Origin: Girardia tigrina
Lineage: Eukaryota
Length of the DNA: 64,000 nucleotides
Assembly: GCA_001938485.1 (NCBI GenBank)
Contig: MQRK01244276.1
Span: 1-64,000, forward strand
Direction: 5' to 3'
Position numbers and translations under genes: made by a program. Each line of letters starts with the position of its first letter. The first letter of the stretch is position 1. Of this stretch, positions 1 to 14,093 are shown one piece after another. The notes beneath the pieces are model-generated. The model was not told where the DNA came from and did no database searches. It saw only the letters and a list, made by a program, of their open reading frames with translations.

Positions 1-111
1 TCATCATTTATTTAATAATAATATTGATTTTATATTCCCTCATTATCCGAATTATTTCACAATCCGAAAGGAATTCGATTTTTAATTTTTCGGATTAATG
101 AGGGTTGACTG
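1..111. mobile_element. Terminus of a pogo/Tigger-like DNA transposon or MITE
   Basis: Ends ...cggattaatgagggttgactg followed by TA (reverse complement TA|CAGTCAACCCTC, a Tigger-type TIR). An internal inverted copy ccctcattatccg lies at ~37-49. Confidence 0.55.
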
Positions 112-382
112 TATTTCGATTAAAATATTTTGACGGTGTCTCTGTGATTATTGTTGTCAAAGAAGATTTTCGTGATTTGCGACCAGTGGAAAGTATGGCT
201 GTCACACGTTGTAGTCGTCTCGAGGACACGGATTTTTCTTCTCTTTAGTTTCTCGAGACAAAGACGGATGTCTTGCAACGACGCTGTACAAACCACTGTA
301 AGATTTATATTTGATGGGAATACGAGACTTGTTTATATTGGGTTGTTGCGTAAGTTCCCGCCGTTACATGAAACTATTTGTT

Positions 383-673
383 CTACAAAGAATTTCTGAT
401 GTTTGGCGAAGTCTTTAACTCCGCGAGTAGAGCCATGCGTTCTTCTTCATGCTGTTCCATTTCGCTCTTATCATCTGTCATTATCATCCTAAGCTGGTTG
501 ATTTCCATCTTTAGCTGACACGCTTCCATCTGCACTAATCGCATTTTTTCAATCGGAACGGTTGCTCGTCTTAACTTTTTATTCAGGTTCTTCAGATAGT
601 TCCTTTCTTGGATCACTTTTATCATCTTATACTTATACTTAATCTTAGGAATTATCATTTTGACCAATCTCAC
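383..673 (-). pseudogene. Fragment of an unknown coiled-coil protein ORF
   Basis: 96-aa K/E/M-rich heptad-like ORF. Coding-like composition extends over ~130-750 with stops and frameshifts; no family recognised. Confidence 0.25.
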
Positions 674-769
674 TTACAGTTCTTTTCCATTCTTTGAATT
701 TTTTTCGACAATCTTTTCCGTTTTGTGCGCGCTTTATTCGCCATTCTCTCGCGATTTAACAATGTCCAA

Positions 770-1450
770 ATTAAACTACAATTAGAAGTCCGAAATCAAA
801 TTTTCGCTGGGTAACACTCAGTAAAATAAATTGGGCTACATTGCTTCCTGAAATAGAATTTAGTTTGAACTCCACAGTACAGAAAACGACAGGTTTCAGT
901 CCCACAGAGGTAGAATTTGGAAGGTAGATTAACCGTTCGGGTTGGTTACCAATGAACAAGATGCCACAGGCAGATATTATAAAAAAAATGGAGGGAAACA
1001 AACAAAGAACACTGAAATAAGACGACGTCATTTTCAGATAGGGGAGGTAGTTTGGATAAAGAAAGAGATTCGAGACAAGCACCAAGACAAGTACGAAGGT
1101 CAATATACAATCAAAGACAAAATACACGATAGGAGCTACATACTTCGTAACTTTGATAACAAAGTAGTCGTAATTTTGAGAAATTAAAAATCTTAAAAAA
1201 AGGGGGGGTGTAAGATTTATAAGTATAATTTATAAGATATTTTAATTCTCAACATTTAAATAATTATTAATGTTATTAAATATCTATATCTATATCTATT
1301 TTATTTTATTTACGGTTAAAAATAAAAATACTAAAAATATCCTCAAATAAAAACAGTTGTTTAAATAAACAGAAATTTTGTGGAAAATTCAAAAATTGTA
1401 ATTTAATAAATTATTTTAATCCAGTCGTATTTTTTCGTTATTTAAATGTC
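770..1450 (+). mobile_element. Ty3/Gypsy 3' remnant: integrase C-terminus, PPT and start of 3' LTR
   Basis: Translation WATLLPEIEFSLNSTVQKTTGFSPTEVEFGR and a GPY/F-like KYEGQYTIKDK. Polypurine tract A7G7 at 1195-1208 is followed directly by TGTAAG at 1209. The LTR end was not determined. Confidence 0.8.
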
Positions 1451-2925
1451 GGAAGAAACATGAGGCATTTATACAACCAATGTCGTTCCTAAGAACCACT
1501 TTGCGATCAAATGATGTTTTACTTGTCGTTTCATTATAATTAATTGACTTCATTTTAAAACTCAGTTTTTTATCGACCTATTTACAGATAACAAATATAT
1601 GTAAGTGATATTTGTCATGATTCAGGATAAAACTGAAAAATGAATTATTATGTAACCAAATATGTAATTCTTAGTCGTTAAAGTTTTTAATTTATATAAT
1701 AATATTTTTAATCCTGCCCGTATTATTTATTTCTTAATTAGGTTTGCTTCCTTTTTGTGTCAAATGCGTTTTTGTAACGAATGAAACGTCAACATCTCAC
1801 TGTCAGGGAGCTGCAAACATTTCCCATTTTGTTTTGCCGGGAACAAAATTCTGACAACCAAGATTTATGCTTAATTAACCACGACTCCCCTCTTGCTCAG
1901 AATTGGTATTAAGGTTGTCTTTACCAATATTAATTTTCAGAAATTTCTCAACTGGAAAAAAACATCGGTTCATAACGGAACAAAAAATGTTCTTGTAAAT
2001 GGGAAATGACTTTAGTTGAAATTTTCTTTAATGATTGAATTTTAATTTTATAAATAACCTTTTGTAAGAATGATAGTGAAACGGTAGACTCCGTTGTAGA
2101 CCAACAACTCGTACTAGAGCGGGCAATTGGCGTTCGGTGGGACGGATCGACCGGTCTAGTGCCGACCAGAATTCGTATTGGACCCAACTGGCACCGGTCG
2201 ATGCGCCTCTAAGTAACGGTCTCTCGACCATTGCTGTGATTGCCGATAATATTCAATGTGGTGGATGATCGTCACGGTTCTTCGACCCGAGATCCGACAG
2301 TGCAGTTAAGGTGGTCACGGAAATCCGCCGGTGTGAGGTGCAAATGATTTGGCCGATTTCATCCGTGCATGGATATTTTCAAACAAATTTATTGTAAAGT
2401 GACAAATTAACACCGAATTACCACATTTATTTCTCCGAAAAAGACAATTTAAATTTGTATACTTTCATATTATTTTAAATAGTTCAATTAAACAAAAAAA
2501 GTGTTTGTAAAAATTTTCACGAGCAGCACAAGTAGCAATATTCATATAAACTTTAGGAAGCTAATTTGTACATGAATTGACTTTTCGAATGAGGTACGTT
2601 AAATTGAAACTCTATTAAGCTTCATTTTGCGTAACAATTATATTCGTTATTAATCACAAAATTTGAAAGGCGACGAATTAATTTAAGATTTTTAAATTTT
2701 TAAATGATTTTTTCTAAGAATAATAAAACATTATTCCAAAACACAATTGATCCATTATCAAATGCACATTTTCAAGAAATATAATTAGGTTCAGGAATAT
2801 CTGAAAAAAAACTTGTGTTGATATTATTGGGTTCGCGATTAAAATCCAAAGTCATTATTCGCAAACTTTATTTCTAATACAACTTTCATTATTCAAACAA
2901 ATTTATGAGGAGAAATATTTCAGTT

Positions 2926-2961
<36 letters not shown>

Positions 2962-3135
2962 TTATATATAAATATATATATGTTATTTTATTCAATTTTG
3001 CATACAACATATTTTGTTTTTGTTTTATTAATTTTTACAATGTTTATTAATTGAAATATAAATTTAGGTCTATAAAAATATTTTAATGGACATGTCCTGT
3101 AAAAATTCAATTCCTAAACAATTTTTTCTTTAATT

Positions 3136-3313
3136 TTAAAATTCAATTATAAATTATTTTTTAATAAGACTTTCCGTGGGCAATTAACTTCAATAAAACA
3201 TTGTGATTTTTATTTTATAACTTGATTTTAAAATATTCAATAAATTATTTTTTTTAATAAAACTTTTCCGTTGACAATTAAATTCAACAAACATTATGAT
3301 TTTTATTTTAAAT
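3136..3313. repeat. Imperfect tandem duplication, two units of ~90 bp
   Basis: ataaattattttttaataa..tttccgt..caattaa.ttcaa..aaacatt.tgatttttatttta occurs twice in tandem. Confidence 0.6.
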
Positions 3314-4419
3314 AGTGTTACAAGATATATCAACATCTTCTTTACAATATTCTTTAACTCCGAAGCTTTTATTTTAATTGCGATTTTTTAAACCTAATTT
3401 TAATAAAAAGTTGTTCCAATTTAATTAGTAAAAATATTACCTATAAACCATTATTTTTTATGAAACCTTATTTCATTTTAATTAGTAGAACATTATTTTT
3501 AATTTATCTCAAATATAAATAGGATTTTTAATTTAAAAATATCAAAAATTTACAGTTCACCAAAAAGAACCCCGGACAGATATAATTAAAGATTTTTAGT
3601 AACAACAATTTCCAATTGTCAATGGAAAGGAGTGTTTAGATTAAAGTTGTAAGGGTTTCAGCCACTAAGATCAAACGTTGAATTATTGTAATGTAACACA
3701 AAAGTAATTATTATTTTCTTAAACAGAAAAATCGTTTCTTATATAATTAAAAATTAATATAAGAAATGCAAAATTAATAACTTTTATTTTACACCAAATT
3801 TCAATTCAAACTTTTATTCTTTACAATTCAAAAAAGGAAATATAGATATCTGTGGATTAAAATTTCTAGTATTTCAATTATATTATTAATCTTGATATCA
3901 AAATTTAATTTAAAAAATTTTAAAATTATTTTTAACTAACTCGTAGTTAACATTTTGCACTTCGTTATGTAAAGAACATAAATGATGTATCTCTCTTGGA
4001 CAAGAAAACTCCCAAAACAATTTGTCAAAATAGCGATTAATGCTGTTGTAAGAAGAAACTTAAATCGACATCAAATTTGTCTAATGCTATTAATTAATTT
4101 ACCAAAACCAAACAATAGAGGAACTATGACGTTTCATTTGATGAAGGCAGATAAGAATCGATGTGAAGTAAAAGATTCGAAACATGACATAATGATCACG
4201 ACTAGAAAAGATACTGATTTACCAAGGATATATGTTACGGAAAAAAAATTCTTCCGTGAGGATAAAATATGACTAACTTAACTATCGACATTTCTACCAG
4301 ATTGTAATATGAAATGTAAGTATTCGTCAAAAACACAATTAATCAATATCGAACTTGAAAAAATGAGCAAATTTAAGTGGAATGATTTCTCATTAAGAAA
4401 AACTCATTAGAAAATACAT

Positions 4420-5529
4420 CTCAGTATCAGTTGGATAAATACTTTCCTCCACAATCAATCACTTTTTTGAACCGCTCAGGCTGTTTTCCAATCCCATGTT
4501 TGAAGAAGCTTGGGGACTTTTGGTAAAAAAAGTCTTAAATTCACGTTATTATTGTTTCTTTGTTTTCAAAGGTGTAATTAGAAAATGGTTCCTACATGAA
4601 ATGGAAAAGATGAAATAAGTTGGGGCAAAATATGACGAATACGGTGGATGGAGAAGAACTTCCAGGCCAAACTCTTAAATAGCTAACTTTGTCATTTTGG
4701 CGACATAAGGTTGAGCATTATCATGATTTAAAATTATCTGCTTCTTATTGGTCATCTTCGTTTCACAATAAAGTTTGGCATTTTTTGTGATTTCTTGGCG
4801 AAACATCGTAGTAATTAACACCAACTTTATCCCACTTAACACACAACAAGATTTTGCATTTGTGAACTTTAGGTTTCGCACGTGGTTGTGGATATTTTTG
4901 AGCACTTACCCCAGCTTTTTTTGTGTTTCAAATTTACATACAGACACAATTTCTCATCACCTAATACGATTCTGGAAGAGAAAGATTGATTTTTCTGCAC
5001 AGTAGTTTGATTGCAAACGAGTAAAGATGCACAACTGGAAACACGCTGTCTGTTCTGGTTTTTTTAGAAGTTGAGGCACTCATGATCAAGCTTTTGAACT
5101 TTTCCCATTTTCTCGAGATGTCGAGAAATAGTGATGTGATCACAATATATGGCTTGTCCAAGCACTCGTTTCGATTGACGTGGATCAACATGAATCAATT
5201 GGTTCAAACAGTCTTCATGAAAGTCACTATGTCGGCCTAACAAAGGGGCATTGTTTAAATCAAACTTTCCACTATTACATTTTAAAACTACTTTTGTATT
5301 ATTTGTTTAATGACTGCCTTTTCTCCATAAATTTTGTTGACTTTTATATGGTTTATATGTATTGTTTATCTAACACTCCATTTTAATAACAGAAATCAAA
5401 GTGAAAATTAGTCTAAGAGGATTTAAATAGATAATTTAGCTGAATGAATATAACTCAAATCAGTTATAACAAGATGTTGGTGTGTTTTCTGTCACAAATA
5501 AAGCCGCATGAACTTATGCACCAACCTGA
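4420..5529 (-). mobile_element. Degenerate near-full-length mariner transposon
   Basis: TIR TA|TCAGGTTGGTGCATAAGTTCATGCGG at 5531-5504. Broken-frame motifs KILLCVKWDKVGVNYY, HDNAQPYVAKMT, HPPYS and GIGKQPERFKKVIDCGGKY. Confidence 0.85.
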
Positions 5530-6628
5530 TAGAACAACTCTAGTTTTTATACAATATTAACCCTTATAAAGCAGATCAACTTACATTTCTAGAGATATTC
5601 TATCAATCATCGGAATTTGACATTAGTAGAATTAATTCCTGGAATTCAAATTTTTCTAATATCAATAATTATGACGTGTGTATAAAATGTTTACTAAACC
5701 ATTTGCGTTATTTAATATTATTTGATTATCATGACTCCCCTACCCAAGTGGCTGATTCATATGTTTTAATTAATTATTTGTGAGTAATTTAATAAGTGTC
5801 AAGTTTTTAAACTAATTAGTTAGAATTTTTATAATTAAAAACTTTATAATTTAATCTCACAATTTCATTTGTCTATGATTAAATTTAATGTAATTTTAAA
5901 AAATCAATATTTGTTGTGAAAAAAATCGTTAATTAATTTTAATAAATTCGATTTTTAAAAATTACATATCAATGTTTTGTTTTGTTTTCATTTATTTTAA
6001 ATCTAATAAATAAATATTTTAAAATATATTAATCAAAATAGAAAAATAATTCAAATGGAACCTCTAAGAATTGTTTCCATGACGATTTTATTTATATTAT
6101 TAATAAATATATTAAATTATAATAATGTTATTAATAATAATTAAAATTATAAATCAATTAATAAAATGAAATGAAAAAAAATAAATTATTGTTAATATTA
6201 ATTTAAATAAATTCATTTAAATCAAACCCAAAATTTTAGAATATTTTTATCAATCTATATAATTAAGATAAATTATTTTTATGTGACATTATCAAGACCG
6301 AATAATTTATATCTATTATTTGGATAAAAGCGTTGCTTAATGTAAGATAATAAAAATAAATGAAAACAAAATTTCACGAAAATATTCCATTTCTGTTTAC
6401 CAAATAGTTTTGAAAAAATAATCATACGAATTATATTTTCACATTTTATATAAAATATAATTAATGTTTGAGAACACAATATGATCTGAAATTTAAAAGC
6501 CCATCAATATCAAATCTATAGTTTTTCGGCTTGTGAAAATAAATTTGTCGATAGAAAAATAAACTATTCGACTCTTTTGGATGTTAAAAACATAAATAAA
6601 CTTAAAAATCTGTACTTCAGGTGTTTTT

Positions 6629-7594
6629 GTGTTTACTCGCTCGGAATTAGCGTCTGTATACGATGTATGGTGCACTTGTTGTACTTTTGTGAAGTTTAAA
6701 CAGTGTCAGCATATCTGGCACGTATTGTATTTGAAAAAGAAATTGAATCTGGTTATTGAACCGATAACCGAAAAGGCAAAAAAGAAAGACCTCAAATCTT
6801 TCGTAATAAGACGAATTGGAAATATTACGAGGGGCCTTCCGAAAGTAAGTGGAAAAAAGGAAGACGATACCACAAGAAAGCATTTATTGAAGGAATACAA
6901 TGTCATTCAGATAAGCCTGTCATCTCCGCCAACTCGCGAATGGTAAGGCAGCGATTTGCATTGATGGTTTCCGACACTTTTTCCACATTTTCTACCGTGC
7001 TCGTCGATGCTGGACGTCCACTCCTGTCCTCGTCGTCCAAGGATTCACGTCCATTTTCGAATTGACGCACCCAATTGTAGACGGCAGACTTTTGCAGGGC
7101 TCTTCCTTGAAACACATTTGATAAGCGGTGCACAATGTCAGACACTGGAGTATCCTCTTTCCAAAGGAAAAACATGATGGCACGGTGAGAACGTACTGCG
7201 TCTTCCATGTGTTAAACAAAAATGAAAACACTGCCTATGACAGGTTCCTCTATGCTGCTCACATGTTGCATGGACCAATGCCACTTTTGCTCGATTTCTA
7301 TTGGCTGGTAAGTACATCACGCCACCACGCCATCTGTCCCTCTGTAAGATGCCCACACACGCGCACACCCGTATATAAGTATTTCCACTTACTTTCGGAA
7401 TGCCCCTCGTATTATACAAAAAGAAGACAAGAAATGAAAAATGAATAAAAACTGTCATAATTTTTTATCAATAAATGTTTTTTATAGCTTTTTATTGTAT
7501 TTTCTATTCAGCGTAAAAATTGTAAAAAAATGTGCGTAAAAATTGTAAAGATAGCATAAAGTTTGTAAAATTAGCGCAAAAATTTGTATTTACC
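6629..7594 (+). mobile_element. MULE-like transposon 3' remnant with SWIM zinc finger, interrupted by a mariner derivative
   Basis: CTCCTFVKFKQCQH fits the SWIM pattern CxCxnCxH. A tandem-repeat terminus (gcgtaaaaattgtaaa units) at 7511-7594 ends in TACC. Confidence 0.55.
6828..7409 (-). mobile_element. Internally deleted mariner element (582 bp) retaining the N-terminal HTH
   Basis: ~28-bp TIRs CGAGGGGCCTTCCGAAAGTAAGTGGAAA / TTTCCACTTACTTTCGGAATGCCCCTCG with TA on both sides. ORF 6903-7208 has VYNWVRQFENGRESLDDEDRSGRP...LTIRELAE. Confidence 0.92.
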
Positions 7595-8087
7595 ACTATT
7601 AAATTTTTAATTAAAAATAAAGCAATTTATATAATACTAATCTTTTTATCCTTAAAAAGGAATCAAGTTAGATAATTTAATGTTACATGAATGTTAAGAA
7701 TATCTCTTAAAAAATCAAATTTCTGAATCATCGTATTGTTAATTTTTTTATAGATTTTTAATAATTAGTAAATTTACAAAAAAAATATAGATCAGTACTC
7801 ACTGTGATGAGTGACGTACAGCGCATTTTCTCTTTTTCGAATTAGTTTTTCACTGCGAATATTATATTATACTGCGAATGGTATAGTATGCTATGAATGG
7901 TTTATTATACTGTGATTGGTTATGGTTAATATCATAGAGGCATTAGTATTTTACAAAAAACCAGTTTAATAAAATACATAAAAGTTTCTTAAAATGTTCA
8001 ACCTGAAAGAAAACATTGACAAAGAACACAAGATTTTATTTATGAATCTTTTTATTTTTCCTTTCCTTTTCACAAATACATATGTTA

Positions 8088-8362
8088 ATAACTAGACATC
8101 GAAAACTCTTACAACAATTGGCTTACGATAGCTGACGTAGCACTCATAGATAAAGACTTCTGCTCGATATTTCTTCAAACTCCCGAAAACTGAAAGAAAA
8201 CTGTGCGGATTGCTGTTGACGAGACCTATCCAAAAATATATAGTTTATGGGGTCTTGGACCCACCCTGTACCCGTAATTTGCTGTGATAAACACATACAT
8301 ACATATACGAATATGATGAATACAATAGCGTATTTTTTTCATATTAGAAAATGCGCTAATAA
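8088..8362 (+). mobile_element. Helentron-associated (DINE-1/HINE-like) non-autonomous element
   Basis: Starts aataactaga, has an internal (acat)n microsatellite and a 3' stem-loop tagcgtatttt...aaaatgcgcta. Confidence 0.4.
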
Positions 8363-10708
8363 AAAGGTAAAGTAATTCTAAAACTTTTTATTATGAAGAT
8401 CATTGTTTATAAGTTTTTTAATTCAAGGTAAAATAATTATAAATAATGGATAGATACTCTTAATCACCCACCCACCCATATATATATATATATGAAAAAA
8501 AAATTTTAAAAATTTTTTTTAAGAAATTGATTATTTTACGTGTTTTGGAATTCATTTTCCATCAGTAGATCTAATATAACACGTTAACTCATGGGAGATT
8601 TTATCAGTAAATATTATATCTTTTAGGATTTTATTGGATCTTAATGGCGAAACATTTTCTTTATTCGCACCAAAAATTTTAAGAATTGAGATGGTTTTAT
8701 TTTGCTCATTTTTGAATATTAATTACTGGGTTGTAGTGTCTAGTCAATTATGTTTCACAGAACTGTCTCTCATATTATGAACACCCGTCCGTAAAACAGA
8801 AAACTCAACCATTTAAATAGAACAGATTATATGTTTATAATGTAACCAATGATTGAAAGCCTTTATGATCAATGACGATTTATTTCAACAATTTACGACT
8901 TTTTACAACTGTAATAATTAAATTTATAAAATAAAATAGCTTGTGATCCACAAATCGTTTTTGATTTATTTGAAAGGAAGCTTTGGAGTCATCGAAGCCT
9001 ACCTATATTCTTGTAAATACTCTTCTTAAATGCTTTACATCAATTTTGATTATTTGTTTGTACTCTTCAATATCTTATTCCTTTAGTTCATTCTTAACCC
9101 ATGTTTGTGTACATAATGTGTCCAATGTAAGCATACTTATCATACCATCCATCTATTTTTCCTTACAAAAGCCATGTGTAGTGGTGTAGAGACCTATTTA
9201 AATTAATAATCAACTATTAAATTAAAATTCATAATTATATTAAATTTTGTTTTATTAATTTAATTATATGTTTTTGAGACAATTTGTCAGAAAATCTTCT
9301 CAGTTCATTGAAAAAAATATAATTATTATTAATTGTTGTCAAAACAAAACTGAAAATATAAACTCAAAGAAATTAAATATCAAAAATAAATAAGTTTTAG
9401 CTGAAATAAAAATGGTGGAGGAAATCCTGTTGATTAAACAACAAATTTTATTATAATTTATATATTTCAGTAATTAAAATTTATAGTATTAATTTAGTTT
9501 TATATTTGAAAAAAGTATAAATTTTAAATTAATTGAAATGTTTTCTAATTGTACTTTTTATGAATAAATAATTAATTTATTAATATTTGTTTTAATTAAA
9601 AAAATTGTTAATTTACTAAAGAAAATTAAGACACTTGTATTCATAAAAAAATGCGGGAAAATGTTAATTTTTTACAATGTGAAAAATCAATACGGTTTGT
9701 TAACAATTAATGAACATTTAATATCCTTCGTGACTGGGGCAATGGCCAAAAAACGGATTGTCAACACAAGTGTTCTGGGAAAATTTTAGGGTTTTTATTG
9801 ATTTTCCATAATTTTCTAATAAACTCCAGATACGAAATTAACAATTATTCTTAGAAAATATAAATTATTGAATTATCTTTCACTGTAAATAGAAAAGAAA
9901 ACTATTTTAAAACTAATTTTTTTATTTTTTTATTGTATTAATCTTTTAAATACCGAGTGTTTTTCGTTGTCTTTTGTTTATTTTTAATTTGTTTTATTTA
10001 CAAATTAATTCCTTTCACTTACCATGTTTTTGTTTTTGGAAAACTAAAATTTCCTGTTTCTTGATGAGAGAAGTAAAAGAAACTGTCAAAATTTTAGGGA
10101 TTTTTTGTATGAAAAATAATAAAAAAATTAAAAAAAACAATTTTTTTAAGATTTAGAAAATATTTTTTATTTTCTTCAAATAATTTTTAAAAAAATAAAA
10201 AAATTAACATCAAAAAGATCTTTTATTATTAATTTTAGAATTAATTTTAATCATGTTTTTTACCGGTTCCTGTAAATATTTAGTCTCTCAAATGCTTCCT
10301 TCAAAGTCTGAATAGGTTTCAGTCTTGGATTTTCAATATCTATTTATTTTGTAAAATTTTATTTTTATGTTTCTTTTTATTCTCGAATCTTTTAAAATTA
10401 TTGATAAATACTGAATCTTTTTTTCCAAATTAAAAACGAATCATGTTTTGTTTTGAATTATGTGGTAAAAAAGCGTTTTATTTTTTGTGGTCAAAAAGTA
10501 AAAAAAAGTAAAAATTAAAAAAAACATGATTAAAATATTAAAATTATCTTTAAACATCAATTAATTTTAATATTTGGGAATTAAATCACCATAAACCACT
10601 TTTTTCATTTTAATTCTATATTTAGATTTAGCCAAATATGATTCAACATTCCAGAGAGATAAATTAGCATGCAAAATCGTTTTTTCGTATCCCAGTTGTG
10701 TATCATCT

Positions 10709-11650
10709 GTAGGAGTAAGACAAGGTTGCATTCTTTCACCAACACTGTTCAACCTTTTTCTTGAGAGAATTGTTATGGAAGTAATAGAAGATCTAGAAGA
10801 TGTTGGAATAAGTTGCGGAGGAACAAGACTAACCAACCTACGATTTACTGATGACATAGACCTAATCGGCAAAGATGAGGCAGAGATTCAGGAACTCACG
10901 AACAGATTACATAAAGCGTCAAACAATTTCGGAATTGAAATCAACAGGCAAAAAAGCAAAGTAATGGTTTCAGAAAACAATAACAACGAGGTTAAACTGG
11001 AGACTTTCTTTGAAGGGGAGAAGCTGGAACAAGTAAGGAGTTTCAAATATTTAGTCTCTACTATCACAGAGAATTGGGGAAGCGAAGAAGAAATCAGAAG
11101 CCGGATTGGTATATCAACAAGCGCAATGATTAAGCTCTAGCACAGTTTTTAACCTCAAAGAAATCCATCTCAAGAGCAGATTGAAGATCACTAAGGCTAT
11201 TGTCTGGACAACACTTCTCTATGGATGCGAGATTTGGACAATAAATCAAAAGAGTATGGATAGGCTTAAAGCGTTTGAAATGAAGTGCTACAGGAGAATG
11301 CAGAAGATCACGTGGAAAGAAAAGAAGACAAATGACTTTGTTTGGAGGAGAGTGACAGAAATACTAGGTAAAAGACCAAAATCAATAGAAGAGATCATCA
11401 AGAGAAAAAAGCTGAAATTCTTCGGTTATCAAATAAGAAAACAAGCATTAGCAAAGGTTATGATTGAGGGAAGAGTTGAAGGAGAAAGACCAAGAGGAAG
11501 ACCAAAGAGGCAATGGATGGACGATTTAAAAGAATGGACTGGACTGAGTATGGAATGTCTGAGAAAAGAAGCTACAAATAGAAAGATGTGGCGAAAGTTG
11601 TGTATAGTGGATGTACTCTTGCGCACCATCTACACACTCTAACTGAAAAC
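10709..11650 (+). mobile_element. 5'-truncated RTE-clade LINE (RT C-terminal half)
   Basis: GVRQGCILSPTLFNLF, LRFTDDIDLI, FKYL, LLYGCEIWT, AFEMKCYRRM and GERPRGRPKRQWMDDLKEW; broken by a stop and frameshift near 11140. Confidence 0.92.
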
Positions 11651-12181
11651 TTATCAGTACTTATTAGCAGTTAGTTTTACATTATTTTTAATGTTTTTAT
11701 TTAATATGAGTAAAAAAATAGTTATACGATGATCGTTCCGTAACAAAGCCTAAAACTACTTTCGGTGGTTTATAGAATGTGTCAGTTAATCAAAACACCC
11801 AAATTTTAGGGTCCAATTCTCTTTCTCGATGATATGTAAGTTTGTACCTAAACAAACTTTCATATACTTGACAAATTATATACAGTTCAAAAAGTATTAC
11901 AGGTTTTGTAATAAAATAATTAAAATACATTTTCTGCGTATGTTTAAAAATTTTCATTACGGTTAATCTTGAAACATTAACTTCCTTCATAATTAATTTC
12001 TGGGGAATATCAATGATTTACTTCTAAATGATTTTTATAATATCATTTAAGGAAAGTTTTTAATCATTAAAAATAGAATTTATTCTTATAGAATAAAAAT
12101 ATCCAAAGCTAGAACACTCGCGGTTTCAGCATCTAAAACTCTTACCATCGATGTTTCTTTTCAATCTAAAATCGTGTGTTG

Positions 12182-12414
12182 CAGGTGCGAATGAAGAAAA
12201 ATATTTCTGGGGGATACAATATTACGTTATATATTATGTTTTTTTATTTTTTAAATATTTTGGGAGGGGGATTTTTTTAATTTGCAAAATAGTCATTATT
12301 TGGATAGTTCACATTTTAAACTTAAGCATTTTAACTTCTTATGTAATTAAGATCATAATGAAAACTTTTCGGGGCAATGTTTATCCCCCTCATTCCACTC
12401 CTGTGTACATGCTT
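12182..12414. mobile_element. Possible hAT-type MITE
   Basis: Ends caggtgcg... and ...tacatgcttg with internal G/C runs; no TSD seen. Confidence 0.25.
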
Positions 12415-13890
12415 GACGTGTGGATTGTGTATATCGTATCCAATTGTGATCATATTTCACTAAGCATTTTGATCTTAAATAATCTATGATCTCGTATTCT
12501 GTGCTCAAAATTACTGGCTCTATTTGTTCAGTATTAAATACATGACCAGTAATTATTAAAAAAAATTTCATGTTTTATTTAAACTATTTATTTTTTAAAA
12601 TTTTTAAATTTTAATAATTTTTTATTGTTCAAAATAACATGATCCTTAAAAACTCTTAAAAGAAACAAGATTATTTTAATCATTTGTTTATTTATATGAA
12701 AATATAAAATATATTTTTTCATCAATTTTTTTAAATCATCAATTTATTTATTGAAACAAAATAATTGGTCAAATAATTGGTAGTTATTCAGTTATTTATT
12801 CTTTTATAAGTATCAGATTATAAAAAAAACTGGCAAGATTGAAATTTCTCTCTTTAAAAAAATATTTAATATATTTAAAAAAATAAAACAGAAAGAAATC
12901 TTTATTTTTTAAATATTATTAAAAAAGTAAATAATTGGAAAAATTTTAAGGATTTAAATTTAATCATCTCTTTAAATATTTTTTGCTCTCTTGTTCACAA
13001 AAAAATAAAAATTAATTAAATAATATTTTTATTGATTTTTATATTAAATTTTAATGATTATTTTTTAATTAATATTTTGTTAAATATTTTTTTTCTATCA
13101 GCTGAATAAAGAATTTTCAATAATTATTTTCCGATAGATATTTTTAATTTTTTATTATAAAAAAATAATTTTACTTATTAAAAAAAATTTACAACTCATT
13201 TTATTAATAATAAAAGTTAAATTTGTTTTTCTAATTTTCAAATTCTTTTGGAATAATAAATAAATATTTACAAAATTATTTTAATTCAATTAATTAAATG
13301 TTATTTTCTTAAACAGTTCCTTTTTTAAGTTTCTCTATTTTTCATTTATTCAAAAATTAATTGAAATAATTTAAAAATAAAATATTATGTTTTTTATTTT
13401 AATTTATAAATTATATTATTATTTAAAAAATAAATGATTAATCTTTAATGAATTTTTTGACACGGATTAAATTATTTTTATTTATTTCAAATTATTTTTT
13501 AGATCAATCAAATATTAAATAAATAAACACATATAAACTTTTTTATATAAATAGACATGATTTTTTTGTTTTATTTTCCTTGTGTTTTTTATTTAGATTT
13601 TTTTAATTATAAAATTAATTTAATTTCTAAAATTCTATTAAAAATTATTTAAAAATTACAATGTTAAAAAAAGATAATTTAATAAATGTTACCTTCGGGT
13701 TGATGTGGTTTCGGTAATTTCTTGAAAAAAGCTTCTTGCTAAAATGAGAACATTACATAAATCAATTAGTTGTTATTAAATTATTAAGAATATATTAAAA
13801 TTTGTTATAATGTATTCTTGAGAAAATAAACTTAAATTTAAAGAAAAAATATCTATAAATAAATTTTTAACAATAAATTTTTTATTTGAA

Positions 13891-14021
13891 TGTATCGCCA
13901 ATTTAGCCGTCATCATCTGAACAAAGGATACTAAATACAAAAATTACTTATAAAGTGCAGTTATTGAGTAATGATTACTTGAAAAGGGGTTAAAATTACA
14001 AAAATAAAAATGTTTGTATCA
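13891..14021 (-). repeat. Candidate short 3' LTR
   Basis: Follows the PPT-like AAAGGGGA and has TGATAC...GATACA termini. It does not match the 5' LTRs at 16926-17003 or 18782-18905. Confidence 0.4.
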
Positions 14022-14093
14022 TCCCTTTAAGAGACTTCAGGTACACACTACATGAAGGTGCAGACATCTTAAAAGGCCTTAAATTATCACACT

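Larger units (their letters stand above)
8540..13738 (-). pseudogene. Chain of candidate exons of a decayed or divergent spliced gene, product unknown
   Basis: AG/GT-bounded coding-like islands at 13693-13738 and 10264-10339 (IENPRLKPIQTLKEAFERLNIYRN). Further islands near 12440-12570, 10570-10690, 9695-9775, 8940-9193 and 8540-8810, several with in-frame stops. Confidence 0.35.

Noticed and set aside
10567-10700. Pus7/TruD assignment (HANLSLWN...GDLI)
   Set aside because: The resemblance is weak and neighbouring islands do not support it.
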